Origin: the human T2T-CHM13v2.0 reference genome, Homo sapiens
Assembly (NCBI RefSeq): GCF_009914755.1
Contig: NC_060929.1
DNA: 64,000 nt
Reading direction: 5' to 3' (one strand)
Both the position numbers and the translations under genes were made by a program. Below, piece after piece: positions 13,301 through 28,500 of the stretch. The notes below the pieces were generated by a model. It did no database searches. It was not told where the DNA came from and saw nothing but the letters and a program-made list of their open reading frames with translations. Position 1 is the first letter of the stretch. The number at the start of each line of letters is the position of its first letter.

Positions 13301-16300
13301 TTCATATTCTGCTAGACAGAAGAATTCTCAGAATCTTCCTTGTGTTGTGTGTATTCAACTCACAGAGTTGAACGATGGTTTACACAGAGCAGATTTGAAA
13401 CACTCTTTTTGTGGAATTTGCAAGTGGAGATTTCAGCCGCTTTGAGGTCAATGGTAGAAAAGGAAATATCTTCGTATAAAAACTAGACAGAATGATTCTC
13501 AGAAACTTCTTTGTGATGTGTGCGTTCAACTCACAGAGTTTAACCTTTCTTTTCATAGAGTAGTTAGGAAACACTCTGTTTGTAAACTCTGCAAGTGGAT
13601 ATTCAGACCTCTTTGAGGCCTTCGTTGGAAACGGGATTTCTTCATACTGTGCTAGACAGAAGAATTCTCAGTAACTTCCTTGTGTTGTGTGTATTCAACT
13701 CACAGAGTTGACCGATCCTTTACACAGAGCAGACTTGTAACACTCTTTTTGTGGAATTTGCAAGTGGAGATTTCAGCCGCTTTGAAGTCAAAGGTAGAAA
13801 AGGGAATATCTTCCTATAAAAACTAGACAGAATGATTCTCAGAAACTCCTTTGTGATGTGTGCGTTCAACTCACAGAGTTTAACCTTTCTTTTCATAGAG
13901 CAGTTAGGAAACACTCTGTTTCTAAAGTCTGCAAGTGGATATTCAGACCTCTTTGAGGCCTTCGTTGGAAACGGGTTTTTTTCATATAAGGCTAGACAGA
14001 AGAATTCCCAGTAACTTCCTTGTGTTGTGTGTGTTCAACTCACAGAGTTGAACTTTCATTTACACAGAGCAGATTTGAAACACTCTTTTTGTGGAATTTG
14101 CAAGTGGAGATTTCAAGCGCTGTGAGGCCAAAGGCAGAAAAGGAAATATCTTCGTATAAAAACTAGACAGAATCATTCTCAGAAACTGCTCTGCGATGTG
14201 TGCGTTCAACTCTCAGAGTTTAACTTTTCTTTTCATTCAGCAGTTTGGAAACACTCTGTTTGTAAAGTCTGCACGTGGATAATTTGACCACTTAGAGGCC
14301 TTCGTTGGAAACGGGTTTTTTTCATGTAAGGCTAGACAGAAGAATTCTCAGTAACTTCCTTGTGTTGTGTGTATTCAACTCACACAGTTGAACGATCCTT
14401 TACACAGAGCAGACTTGTAACACTCTTTTTGTGGAATTTGCAAGTGGAGATTTCAGCCGCTTTGAAGTCAAATGTAGAAAAGGAAATATCTTCCTATAAA
14501 AACTAGACAGAATGATTCTCAGAAACTCCTTTGTGATGTGTGCGTTCAACTCACAGAGTTTAACCTTTCTTTTCATAGAGCAGTTAGGAAACACTCTGTT
14601 TGTAAAGTCTGCAAGTGGATATTCAGACCTCTTTGAGGCCTTCGTTGGAAACGGGTTTTTTTCATATAAGGCTAGACAGAAGAATTCCCAGTAACTTCCT
14701 TGTGTTGTGTGTGTTCAACTCACAGAGTTGAACTTTCATTTACACAGAGCAGATTTGAAACACTCTTTTTGTGGAATTTGCAAGTGGAGATTTCAAGCGC
14801 TTTGAGGCCAAAGGCAGAATAGGAAATATCTTCGTATAAAAACTAGACAGAATCATTCTCAGAAACTGCTCTGTGATGTGTGCGTTCAACTCTCAGAGTT
14901 TAACTTTTCTTTTCATTCAGCAGTTTGGAAACACTTTGTTTGTAAAGTCTGCACGTGGATAATTTGACCACTTAGAGGCCTTCGTTGGAAACGGGTTTTT
15001 TTCATGTAAGGCTAGACAGAAGAGTTCTCAGTAACTTCCTTGTGTTGTGTGTATTCAACTCACACAGTTGAACGATCCTTTACACAGAGCAGACTTGTAA
15101 CACTCTTTTTGTGGAATTTGCAAGTGGAGATTTCAGCCGCTTTGAAGTCAAAGTAGAAAAGGAAATATCTTCCTATAAAAACTAGACAGAATGATTCTCA
15201 GAAACTCCTTTGTGATGTGTGCGTTCAACTCACAGAGTTTAACCTTTCTTTTCATAGAGCAGTTAGGAAACACTCTGTTTGTAAAGTCTGCAAGTGGATA
15301 TTCAGACCTCTTTGAGGCCTTCGTTGGAAACGGGTTTTTTTCATATAAGGCTAGACAGAAGAATTCCCAGTAACTTCCTTGTGTTGTGTGTGTTCAACTC
15401 ACAGAGTTGAACTTTCATTTACACAGAGCAGATTTGAAACACTCTTTTTGTGGAATTTGCAGGTGGAGATTTCAAGCGCTTTGAGGCCAAAGGCAGAAAA
15501 GGAAATATCTTCGTATAAAAACTAGACAGAATCATTCTCAGAAACTGCTCTGCGATGTGTGCGTTCAACTCTCAGAGTTTAACTTTTCTTTTCATTCAGC
15601 AGTTTGGAAACACTGTGTAAAGTCTGCACGTGGATAATTTGACCACTTAGAGGCCTTCGTTGGAAACGGGTTTTTTTCATGTAAGGCTAGACAGAAGAAT
15701 TCTCAGTAACTTCCTTGTGTTGTGTGTATTCAACTCACAGAGTTGAACGATCCTTTACACAGAGCAGACTTGTAACACTCTTTTTGTGGAATTTGCAAGT
15801 GGAGATTTCAGCCGCTTTGAAGTCAAAGGTAGAAAAGGAAATATCTTCCTATAAAAACTAGACAGAATGATTCTCAGAAACTCCTTTGTGATGTGTGCGT
15901 TCAACTCACAGAGTTTAACCTTTCTTTTCATAGAGCAGTTAGGAAACACTCTGCTTGTAAAGTCTGCAAGTGGATATTCAGCCCTCTTTGAGGCCTTCGT
16001 TGGAAACGGGTTTTTTTCATATAAGGCTAGACAGAAGAATTCCCAGTAACTTCCTTGTGTTGTGTGTGTTCAACTCACAGAGTTGAACTTTCATTTACAC
16101 AGAGCAGATTTGAAACACTCTTTTTGTGGAATTTGCAAGTGGAGATTTCAAGCGCTTTGAGGCCAAAGGCAGAAAAGGAAATATCTTCGTATAAAAACTA
16201 GACAGAATCATTCTCAGAAACTGCTCTGCGATGTGTGCGTTCAACTCTCAGAGTTTAACTTTTCTTTTCATTCAGCAGTTTGGAAACACTCTGTTTGTAA

Positions 16301-19300
16301 AGTCTGCACGTGGATATTTTGACCACTTAGAGGCCTTCGTTGGAAACGGGTTTTTTTCCTGTAAGGCTAGACAGAAGAATTCCCAGTAACTTCCTTGTGT
16401 TGTGTACATTCAACTCACAGAGTTGAACGTTCCCTTAGACAGAGCAGATTTGAAACACTCTTTTTGTGCAATTGGCAAGTGGAGATTTCAAGCGCTTTAA
16501 GGTCAATGGCAGAAAAGGAAATATCTTCGTTTCAAAACTAGACAGAATCATTCCCACAAACTGCGTTGTGATGTGTTCGTTCATCTCACAGAGTTTAACC
16601 TTTCTTTTCATAGAGCAGTTAGGAAACACTCTGTTTGTAAATTCTGTAAGTGGATATTCTGACATCTTGTGGCCTTCGTTGGAAACGGGATTTCTTCATA
16701 TTCTGCTAGACAGAAGAATTCTCAGAATCTTCCTTGTGTTGTGTGTATTCAACTCACAGAGTTGAACGATGGTTTACACAGAGCAGATTTGAAACACTCT
16801 TTTTGTGGAATTTGCAAGTGGAGATTTCAGCCGCTTTGAAGTCAATGGTAGAAAAGGAAATATCTTCGTATAAAAACTAGACAGAATGATTCTCAGAAAC
16901 TTCTTTGTGATGTGTGCGTTCAACTCACAGAGTTTAACCTTTCTTTTCACAGAGCAGTTAGGAAACACTCTGTTTGTAAACTCTGCAAGTGGATATTCAG
17001 ACCTCTTTGAGGCCTTCGTTGGAAACGGGATTTCTTCATACTGTGCTAGACAGAAGAATTCTCAGTAACTTCCTTGTGTTGTGTGTATTCAACTCACAGA
17101 GTTGAACGATCCTTTACACAGAGCAGACTTGAAACACTCTTTTTGTGGAATTTGCAAGTGGAGATTTCAGCCGCGTTGAGGTCAATGGTAGAAAAGGAAA
17201 TATCTTCGTATAAAAACTAGACAGAATGATTCTCAGAAACTCCTTTGAGATGTGTGTGTTCAACTCACAGAGTTTAACCTTTCTTTTCATAGAGCAGTTA
17301 GGAAACACTCTGTTTGTAAAGTCTGCAAGTGGATATTCAGACCTCTTTGAGGCCTTCGTTGGAAACGGGTTTTTTCATATAAGGCTAGACAGAAGAATTC
17401 CCAGTAACTTCCTTGTGTTGTGTGTGTTCAACTCACAGAGTTGAACTTTCATTTACACAGAGCAGATTTGAAACACTCTTTTTGTGGAATTTGCAAGTGG
17501 AGATTTCAAGCGCTGTGAGGCCAAAGGCAGAAAAGGAAATATCTTCGTATAAAAACTAGACAGAATCATTCTCAGAAACTGCTCTGCGATGTGTGCGTTC
17601 AACTCTCAGAGTTTAACTTTTCTTTTCATTCAGCAGTTTGGAAACACTCTGTTTGTAAAGTCTGCACGTGGATAATTTGACCACTTAGAGGCCTTCGTTG
17701 GAAACGGGTTTTTTTCATGTAAGGCTAGACAGAAGAATTCTCAGTAACTTCCTTGTGTTGTGTGTATTCAACTCACACAGTTGAACGATCCTTTACACAG
17801 AGCAGACTTGTAACACTCCTTTTGTGGAATTTGCAAGTGGAGATTTCAGCCGCTTTGAAGTCAAATGTAGAAAAGGAAATATCTTCCTATAAAAACTAGA
17901 CAGAATGATTCTCAGAAACTCCTTTGTGATGTGTGCGTTCAACTCACAGAGTTTAACCTTTCTTTTCATAGAGCAGTTAGGAAACACTCTGTTTGTAAAG
18001 TCTGCAAGTGGATATTCAGACCTCTTTGAGGCCTTCGTTGGAAACGGGTTTTTTTCATATAAGGCTAGACAGAAGAATTCCCAGTAACTTCCTTGTGTTG
18101 TGTGTGTTCAACTCACAGAGTTGAACTTTCATTTACACAGAGCAGATTTGAAACACTCTTTTTGTGGAATTTGCAAGTGGAGATTTCAAGCGCTTTGAGG
18201 CCAAAGGCAGAAAAGGAAATATCTTCGTATAAAAACTAGACAGAATCATTCTCAGAAACTGCTCTGTGATGTGTGCGTTCAACTCTCAGAGTTTAACTTT
18301 TCTTTTCATTCAGCAGTTTGGAAACACTCTGTTTGTAAAGTCTGCACGTGGATAATTTGACCACTTAGAGGCCTTCGTTGGAAACGGGTTTTTTTCATGT
18401 AAGGCTAGAGAGAAGAGTTCTCAGTAACTTCCTTGTGTTGTGTGTATTCAACTCACACAGTTGAACGGTCCTTTACACAGAGCAGACTTGTAACACTCTT
18501 TTTGTGGAATTTGCAAGTGGAGATTTCAGCCGCTTTGAAGTCAAAGTAGAAAAGGAAATATCTTCCTATAAAAACTAGACAGAATGATTCTCAGAAACTC
18601 CTTTGTGATGTGTGCGTTCAACTCACAGAGTTTAACCTTTCTTTTCATAGAGCAGTTAGGAAACACTCTGTTTGTAAAGTCTGCAAGTGGATATTCAGAC
18701 CTCTTTGAGGCCTTCGTTGGAAACGGGTTTTTTTCATATAAGGCTAGACAGAAGAATTCCCAGTAACTTCCTTGTGTTGTGTGTGTTCAACTCACAGAGT
18801 TGAACTTTCATTTACACAGAGCAGATTTGAAACACTCTTTTTGTGGAATTTGCAGGTGGAGATTTCAAGCGCTTTGAGGCCAAAGGCAGAAAAGGAAATA
18901 TCTTCGTATAAAAACTAGACAGAATCATTCTCAGAAACTGCTCTGCGATGTGTGCGTTCAACTCTCAGAGTTTAACTTTTCTTTTCATTCAGCAGTTTGG
19001 AAACACTCTGTTTGTAAAGTCTGCACGTGGATAATTTGACCACTTAGAGGCCTTCGTTGGAAACGGGTTTTTTTCATGTAAGGCTAGACAGAAGAATTCT
19101 CAGTAACTTCCTTGTGTTGTGTGTATTCAACTCACACAGTTGAACGATCCTTTACACAGAGCAGACTTGTAACACTCTTTTTGTGGAATTTGCAAGTGGA
19201 GATTTCAGCCGCTTTGAAGTCAAAGGTAGAAAAGGAAATATCTTCCTATAAAAACTAGACAGAATGATTCTCAGAAACTCCTTTGTGATGTGTGCGTTCA

Positions 19301-22300
19301 ACTCACAGAGTTTAACCTTTCTTTTCATAGAGCAGTTAGGAAACACTCTGCTTGTAAAGTCTGCAAGTGGATATTCAGCCCTCTTTGAGGCCTTCGTTGG
19401 AAACGGGTTTTTTTCATATAAGGCTAGACAGAAGAATTCAAGTAACTTCCTTGTGTTGTGTGTGTTCAACTCACAGAGTTGAACTTTGATTTACACAGAG
19501 CAGATTTGAAACACTCTTTTTGTGGAATTTGCAAGTGGAGATTTCAAGCGCTTTGAGGCCAAAGGCAGAAAAGGAAATACCTTCGTATAAAAACTAGACA
19601 GAATCATTCTCAGAAACTGCTCTGCGATGTGTGCGTTCAACTCTCAGAGTTTAACTTTTCTTTTCATTCAGCAGTTTGGAAACACTCTGTTTGTAAAGTC
19701 TGCACGTGGATATTTTGACCACTTAGAGGCCTTCGTTGGAAACGGGTTTTTTTCCTGTAAGGCTAGACAGAAGAATTCCCAGTAACTTCCTTGTGTTGTG
19801 TACATTCAACTCACAGAGTTGAACGTTCCCTTAGACAGAGCAGATTTGAAACACTCTTTTTGTGCAATTGGCAAGTGGAGATTTCAAGCGCTTTAAGGTC
19901 AATGGCAGAAAAGGAAATATCTTCGTTTCAAAACTAGAGAGAATCATTCCCAAAAACTGCGTTGTGATGTGTTCGTTCATCTCACAGAGTTTAACCTTTC
20001 TTTTCATAGAGCAGTTAGGAAACACTCTGTTTGTAAATTCTGTAAGTGGATATTCTGACATCTTGTGGCCTTCGTTGGAAACGGGATTTCTTCATATTCT
20101 GCTAGACAGAAGAATTCTCAGAATCTTCCTTGTGTTGTGTGTATTCAACTCACAGAGTTGAACGATGGTTTACACAGAGCAGATTTGAAACACTCTTTTT
20201 GTGGAATTTGCAAGTGGAGATTTCAGCCGCTTTGAGGTCAATGGTAGAAAAGGAAATATCTTCGTATAAAAACTAGACAGAATGATTCTCAGAAACTTCT
20301 TTGTGATGTGTGCGTTCAACTCACAGAGTTTAACCTTTCTTTTCATAGAGCAGTTAGGAAACACTCTGTTTGTAAACTCTGCAAGTGGATATTCAGACCT
20401 CTTTGAGGCCTTCGTTGGAAACGGGATTTCTTCATACTGTGCTAGACAGAAGAATTCTCAGTAACTTCCTTGTGTTGTGTGTATTCAACTCACAGAGTTG
20501 AACGATCCTTTACACAGAGCGGACTTGAAACACTCTTTTTGTGGAATTTGCAAGTGGAGATTTCAGCCGCGTTGAGGTCAATGGTAGAAAAGGAAATATC
20601 TTCGTATAAAAACTAGACAGAATGATTCTCAGAAACTCCTTTGAGATGTGTGTGTTCAACTCACAGAGTTTAACCTTTCTTTTCATAGAGCAGTTAGGAA
20701 TCACTCTGTTTGTAAAGTCTGCAAGTGGATATTCAGACCTCTTTGAGGCCTTCGTTGGAAACGGGTTTTTTTCATATAAGGCTAGACAGAAGAATTCCCA
20801 GTAACTTCCTTGTGTTGTGTGTGTTCAACTCACAGAGTTGAACTTTCATTTACACAGAGCAGATTTGAAACACTCTTTTTGTGGAATATGCAAGTGGAGA
20901 TTTCAAGCGCTTTGAGGCCAAAGGCAGAAAAGGAAATATCTTCGTATAAAAACTAGACAGAATCATTCTCAGAGACTGCTCTGTGATGTGTGCGTTCAAC
21001 TCTCAGAGTTTAACTTTTCTTTTCATTCAGCAGTTTGGAAACACTCTGTTTGTAAAGTCTGCACGTGGATAATTTGACCACTTAGAGGCCTTCGTTGGAA
21101 ACGGGTTTTTTTCATGTAAGGCTAGACAGAAGAGTTCTCAGTAACTTCCTTGTGTTGTGTGTATTCAACTCACACAGTTGAACGATCCTTTACAGAGAGC
21201 AGACTTGTAACACTCTTTTTGTGGAATTTGCAAGTGGAGATTTCAGCCGCTTTGAAGTCAAAGTAGAAAAGGAAATATCTTCCTATAAAAACAAGACAGA
21301 ATGATTCTCAGAAACTCCTTTGTGATGTGTGCGTTCAACTCACAGAGTTTAACCTTTCTTTTCATAGAGCAGTTAGGAAACACTCTGTTTGTAAAGTCTG
21401 CAAGTGGATATTCAGACCTCTTTGAGGCCTTCGTTGGAAACGGGTTTTTTTCATATAAGGCTAGACAGAAGAATTCCCAGTAACTTCCTTGTGTTGTGTG
21501 TGTTCAACTCACAGAGTTGAACTTTCATTTACACAGAGCAGATTTGAAACACTCTTTTTGTGGAATTTGCAGGTGGAGATTTCAAGCGCTTTGAGGCCAA
21601 AGGCAGAAAAGGAAATATCTTCGTATAAAAACTAGACAGAATCATTCTCAGAAACTGCTCTGCGATGTGTGCGTTCAACTCTCAGAGTTTAACTTTTCTT
21701 TTCATTCAGCAGTTTGGAAACACTCTGTTTGTAAAGTCTGCACGTGGATAATTTGACCACTTAGAGGCCTTCGTTGGAAACGGGTTTTTTTCATGTAAGG
21801 CTAGACAGAAGAATTCTCAGTAACTTCCTTGTGTTGTGTGTATTCAACTCACAGAGTTGAACGATCCTTTACACAGAGCAGACTTGTAACACTCTTTTTG
21901 TGGAATTTGCAAGTGGAGATTTCAGCCGCTTTGAAGTCAAAGGTAGAAAAGGAAATATCTTCCTATAAAAACTAGACAGAATGATTCTCAGAAACTCCTT
22001 TGTGATGTGTGCGTTCAACTCACAGAGTTTAACCTTTCTTTTCATAGAGCAGTTAGGAAACACTCTGCTTGTAAAGTCTGCAAGTGGATATTCAGCCCTC
22101 TTTGAGGCCTTCGTTGGAAACGGGTTTTTTTCATATAAGGCTAGACAGAAGAATTCCCAGTAACTTCCTTGTGTTGTGTGTGTTCAACTCACAGAGTTGA
22201 ACTTTGATTTACACAGAGCAGATTTGAAACACTCTTTTTGTGGAATTTGCAAGTGGAGATTTCAAGCGCTTTGAGGCCAAAGGCAGAAAAGGAAATATCT

Positions 22301-22579
22301 TCGTATAAAAACTAGACAGAATCATTCTCAGAAACTGCTCTGCGATGTGTGCGTTCAACTCTCAGAGTTTAACTTTTCTTTTCATTCAGCAGTTTGGAAA
22401 CACTCTGTTTGTAAAGTCTGCACGTGGATATTTTGACCACTTAGAGGCCTTCGTTGGAAACGGGTTTTTTTCCTGTAAGGCTAGACAGAAGAATTCCCAG
22501 TAACTTCCTTGTGTTGTGTACATTCAACTCACAGAGTTGAACGTTCCCTTAGACAGAGCAGATTTGAAACACTCTTTTT

Positions 22580-25500
22580 GTGCAATTGGCAAGTGGAGAT
22601 TTCAAGCGCTTTAAGGTCAATGGCAGAAAAGGAAATATCTTCGTTTCAAAACTAGACAGAATCATTCCCACAAACTGCGTTGTGATGTGTTCGTTCATCT
22701 CACAGAGTTTAACCTTTCTTTTCATAGAGCAGTTAGGAAACACTCTGTTTGTAAATTCTGTAAGTGGATATTCTGACATCTTGTGGCCTTCGTTGGAAAC
22801 GGGATTTCTTCATATTCTGCTAGACAGAAGAATTCTCAGAATCTTCCTTGTGTTGTGTGTATTCAACTCACAGAGTTGAACGATGGTTTACACAGAGCAG
22901 ATTTGAAACACTCTTTTTGTGGAATTTGCAAGTGGAGATTTCAGCCGCTTTGAAGTCAATGGTAGAAAAGGAAATATCTTCGTATAAAAACTAGACAGAA
23001 TGATTCTCAGAAACTTCTTTGTGATGTGTGCGTTCAACTCACAGAGTTTAACCTTTCTTTTCATAGAGCAGTTAGGAAACACTCTGTTTGTAAACTCTGC
23101 AAGTGGATATTCAGACCTCTTTGAGGCCTTCGTTGGAAACGGGATTTCTTCATACTGTGCTAGACAGAAGAATTCTCAGTAACTTCCTTGTGTTGTGTGT
23201 ATTCAACTCACAGAGTTGAACGATCCTTTACACAGAGCAGACTTGAAACACTCTTTTTGTGGAATTTGCAAGTGGAGATTTCAGCCGCGTTGAGGTCAAT
23301 GGTAGAAAAGGAAATATCTTCGTATAAAAACTAGACAGAATGATTCTCAGAAACTCCTTTGAGATGTGTGTGTTCAACTCACAGAGTTTAACCTTTCTTT
23401 TCATAGAGCAGTTAGGAATCACTCTGTTTGTAAAGTCTGCAAGTGGATATTCAGACCTCTTTGAGGCCTTCGTTGGAAACGGGTTTTTTTCATATAAGGC
23501 TAGACAGAAGAATTCCCAGTAACTTCCTTGTGTTGTGTGTGTTCAACTCACAGAGTTGAACTTTCATTTACACAGAGCAGATTTGAAACACTCTTTTTGT
23601 GGAATTTGCAAGTGGAGATTTCAAGCGCTGTGAGGCCAAAGGCAGAAAAGGAAATATCTTCGTATAAAAACTAGACAGAATCATTCTCAGAAACTGCTCT
23701 GCGATGTGTGCGTTCAACTCTCAGAGTTTAACTTTTCTTTTCATTCAGCAGTTTGGAAACACTCTGTTTGTAAAGTCTGCACGTGGATAATTTGACCACT
23801 TAGAGGCCTTCGTTGGAAACGGGTTTTTTTCATGTAAGGCTAGACAGAAGAATTCTCAGTAACTTCCTTGTGTTGTGTGTATTCAACTCACACAGTTGAA
23901 CGATCCTTTACACAGAGCAGACTTGTAACACTCCTTTTGTGGAATTTGCAAGTGGAGATTTCAGCCGCTTTGAAGTCAAATGTAGAAAAGGAAATATCTT
24001 CCTATAAAAACTAGACAGAATGATTCTCAGAAACTCCTTTGTGATGTGTGCGTTCAACTCACAGAGTTTAACCTTTCTTTTCATAGAGCAGTTAGGAAAC
24101 ACTCTGTTTGTAAAGTCTGCAAGTGGATATTCAGACCTCTTTGAGGCCTTCGTTGGAAACGGGTTTTTTTCATATAAGGCTAGACAGAAGAATTCCCAGT
24201 AACTTCCTTGTGTTGTGTGTGTTCAACTCACAGAGTTGAACTTTCATTTACACAGAGCAGATTTGAAACACTCTTTTTGTGGAATTTGCAAGTGGAGATT
24301 TCAAGCGCTTTGAGGACAAAGGCAGAAAAGGAAATATCTTCGTATAAAAACTAGACAGAATCATTCTCAGAAACTGCTCTGTGATGTGTGCGTTCAACTC
24401 TCAGAGTTTAACTTTTCTTTTCATTCAGCAGTTTGGAAACACTCTGTTTGTAAAGTCTGCACGTGGATAATTTGACCACTTAGAGGCCTTCGTTGGAAAC
24501 GGGTTTTTTTCATGTAAGGCTAGACAGAAGAGTTCTCAGTAACTTCCTTGTGTTGTGTGTATTCAACTCACACAGTTGAACGGTCCTTTACACAGAGCAG
24601 ACTTGTAACACTCTTTTTGTGGAATTTGCAAGTGGAGATTTCAGCCGCTTTGAAGTCAAAGTAGAAAAGGAAATATCTTCCTATAAAAACTAGACAGAAT
24701 GATTCTCAGAAACTCCTTTGTGATGTGTGCGTTCAACTCACAGAGTTTAACCTTTCTTTTCATAGAGCAGTTAGGAAACACTCTGTTTGTAAAGTCTGCA
24801 AGTGGATATTCAGACCTCTTTGAGGCCTTCGTTGGAAACGGGTTTTTTTCATATAAGGCTAGACAGAAGAATTCCCAGTAACTTCCTTGTGTTGTGTGTG
24901 TTCAACTCACAGAGTTGAACTTTCATTTACACAGAGCAGATTTGAAACACTCTTTTTGTGGAATTTGCAGGTGGAGATTTCAAGCGCTTTGAGGCCAAAG
25001 GCAGAAAAGGAAATATCTTCGTATAAAAACTAGACAGAATCATTCTCAGAAACTGCTCTGCGATGTGTGCGTTCAACTCTCAGAGTTTAACTTTTCTTTT
25101 CATTCAGCAGTTTGGAAACACTCTGTTTGTAAAGTCTGCACGTGGATAATTTGACCACTTAGAGGCCTTCGTTGGAAACGGGTTTTTTTCATGTAAGGCT
25201 AGACAGAAGAATTCTCAGTAACTTCCTTGTGTTGTGTGTATTCAACTCACAGAGTTGAACGATCCTTTACACAGAGCAGACTTGTAACACTCTTTTTGTG
25301 GAATTTGCAAGTGGAGATTTCAGCCGCTTTGAAGTCAAAGGTAGAAAAGGAAATATCTTCCTATAAAAACTAGACAGAATGATTCTCAGAAACTCCTTTG
25401 TGATGTGTGCGTTCAACTCACAGAGTTTAACCTTTCTTTTCATAGAGCAGTTAGGAAACACTCTGCTTGTAAAGTCTGCAAGTGGATATTCAGCCCTCTT

Positions 25501-28500
25501 TGAGGCCTTCGTTGGAAACGGGTTTTTTTCATATAAGGCTAGACAGAAGAATTCCCAGTAACTTCCTTGTGTTGTGTGTGTTCAACTCACAGAGTTGAAC
25601 TTTGATTTACACAGAGCAGATTTGAAACACTCTTTTTGTGGAATTTGCAAGTGGAGATTTCAAGCGCTTTGAGGCCAAAGGCAGAAAAGGAAATATCTTC
25701 GTATAAAAACTAGACAGAATCATTCTCAGAAACTGCTCTGCGATGTGTGCGTTCAACTCTCAGAGTTTAACTTTTCTTTTCATTCAGCAGTTTGGAAACA
25801 CTCTGTTTGTAAAGTCTGCACGTGGATATTTTGACCACTTAGAGGCCTTCGTTGGAAACGGGTTTTTTTCCTGTAAGGCTAGACAGAAGAATTCCCAGTA
25901 ACTTCCTTGTGTTGTGTACATTCAACTCACAGAGTTGAACGTTCCCTTAGACAGAGCAGATTTGAAACACTCTTTTTGTGCAATTGGCAAGTGGAGATTT
26001 CAAGCGCTTTAAGGTCAATGGCAGAAAAGGAAATATCTTCGTTTCAAAACTAGACAGAATCATTCCCACAAACTGCGTTGTGATGTGTTCGTTCATCTCA
26101 CAGAGTTTAACCTTTCTTTTCATAGAGCAGTTAGGAAACACTCTGTTTGTAAATTCTGTAAGTGGATATTCTGACATCTTGTGGCCTTCGTTGGAAACGG
26201 GATTTCTTCATATTCTGCTAGACAGAAGAATTCTCAGAATCTTCCTTGTGTTGTGTGTATTCAACTCACAGAGTTGAACGATGGTTTACACAGAGCAGAT
26301 TTGAAACACTCTTTTTGTGGAATTTGCAAGTGGAGATTTCAGCCGCTTTGAAGTCAATGGTAGAAAAGGAAATATCTTCGTATAAAAACTAGACAGAATG
26401 ATTCTCAGAAACTTCTTTGTGATGTGTGCGTTCAACTCACAGAGTTTAACCTTTCTTTTCATAGAGCAGTTAGGAAACACTCTGTTTGTAAACTCTGCAA
26501 GTGGATATTCAGACCTCTTTGAGGCCTTCGTTGGAAACGGGATTTCTTCATACTGTGCTAGACAGAAGAATTCTCAGTAACTTCCTTGTGTTGTGTGTAT
26601 TCAACTCACAGAGTTGAACGATCCTTTACACAGAGCAGACTTGAAACACTCTTTTTGTGGAATTTGCAAGTGGAGATTTCAGCCGCGTTGAGGTCAATGG
26701 TAGAAAAGGAAATATCTTCGTATAAAAACTAGACAGAATGATTCTCAGAAACTCCTTTGAGATGTGTGTGTTCAACTCACAGAGTTTAACCTTTCTTTTC
26801 ATAGAGCAGTTAGGAATCACTCTGTTTGTAAAGTCTGCAAGTGGATATTCAGACCTCTTTGAGGCCTTCGTTGGAAACGGGTTTTTTTCATATAAGGCTA
26901 GACAGAAGAATTCCCAGTAACTTCCTTGTGTTGTGTGTGTTCAACTCACAGAGTTGAACTTTCATTTACACAGAGCAGATTTGAAACACTCTTTTTGTGG
27001 AATTTGCAAGTGGAGATTTCAAGCGCTGTGAGGCCAAAGGCAGAAAAGGAAATATCTTCGTATAAAAACTAGACAGAATCATTCTCAGAAACTGCTCTGC
27101 GATGTGTGCGTTCAACTCTCAGAGTTTAACTTTTCTTTTCATTCAGCAGTTTGGAAACACTCTGTTTGTAAAGTCTGCACGTGGATAATTTGACCACTTA
27201 GAGGCCTTCGTTGGAAACGGGTTTTTTTCATGTAAGGCTAGACAGAAGAATTCTCAGTAACTTCCTTGTGTTGTGTGTATTCAACTCACACAGTTGAACG
27301 ATCCTTTACACAGAGCAGACTTGTAACACTCCTTTTGTGGAATTTGCAAGTGGAGATTTCAGCCGCTTTGAAGTCAAATGTAGAAAAGGAAATATCTTCC
27401 TATAAAAACTAGACAGAATGATTCTCAGAAACTCCTTTGTGATGTGTGCGTTCAACTCACAGAGTTTAACCTTTCTTTTCATAGAGCAGTTAGGAAACAC
27501 TCTGTTTGTAAAGTCTGCAAGTGGATATTCAGACCTCTTTGAGGCCTTCGTTGGAAACGGGTTTTTTTCATATAAGGCTAGACAGAAGAATTCCCAGTAA
27601 CTTCCTTGTGTTGTGTGTGTTCAACTCACAGAGTTGAACTTTCATTTACACAGAGCAGATTTGAAACACTCTTTTTGTGGAATTTGCAAGTGGAGATTTC
27701 AAGCGCTTTGAGGACAAAGGCAGAAAAGGAAATATCTTCGTATAAAAACTAGACAGAATCATTCTCAGAAACTGCTCTGTGATGTGTGCGTTCAACTCTC
27801 AGAGTTTAACTTTTCTTTTCATTCAGCAGTTTGGAAACACTCTGTTTGTAAAGTCTGCACGTGGATAATTTGACCACTTAGAGGCCTTCGTTGGAAACGG
27901 GTTTTTTTCATGTAAGGCTAGACAGAAGAGTTCTCAGTAACTTCCTTGTGTTGTGTGTATTCAACTCACACAGTTGAACGGTCCTTTACACAGAGCAGAC
28001 TTGTAACACTCTTTTTGTGGAATTTGCAAGTGGAGATTTCAGCCGCTTTGAAGTCAAAGTAGAAAAGGAAATATCTTCCTATAAAAACTAGACAGAATGA
28101 TTCTCAGAAACTCCTTTGTGATGTGTGCGTTCAACTCACAGAGTTTAACCTTTCTTTTCATAGAGCAGTTAGGAAACACTCTGTTTGTAAAGTCTGCAAG
28201 TGGATATTCAGACCTCTTTGAGGCCTTCGTTGGAAACGGGTTTTTTTCATATAAGGCTAGACAGAAGAATTCCCAGTAACTTCCTTGTGTTGTGTGTGTT
28301 CAACTCACAGAGTTGAACTTTCATTTACACAGAGCAGATTTGAAACACTCTTTTTGTGGAATTTGCAGGTGGAGATTTCAAGCGCTTTGAGGCCAAAGGC
28401 AGAAAAGGAAATATCTTCGTATAAAAACTAGACAGAATCATTCTCAGAAACTGCTCTGCGATGTGTGCGTTCAACTCTCAGAGTTTAACTTTTCTTTTCA

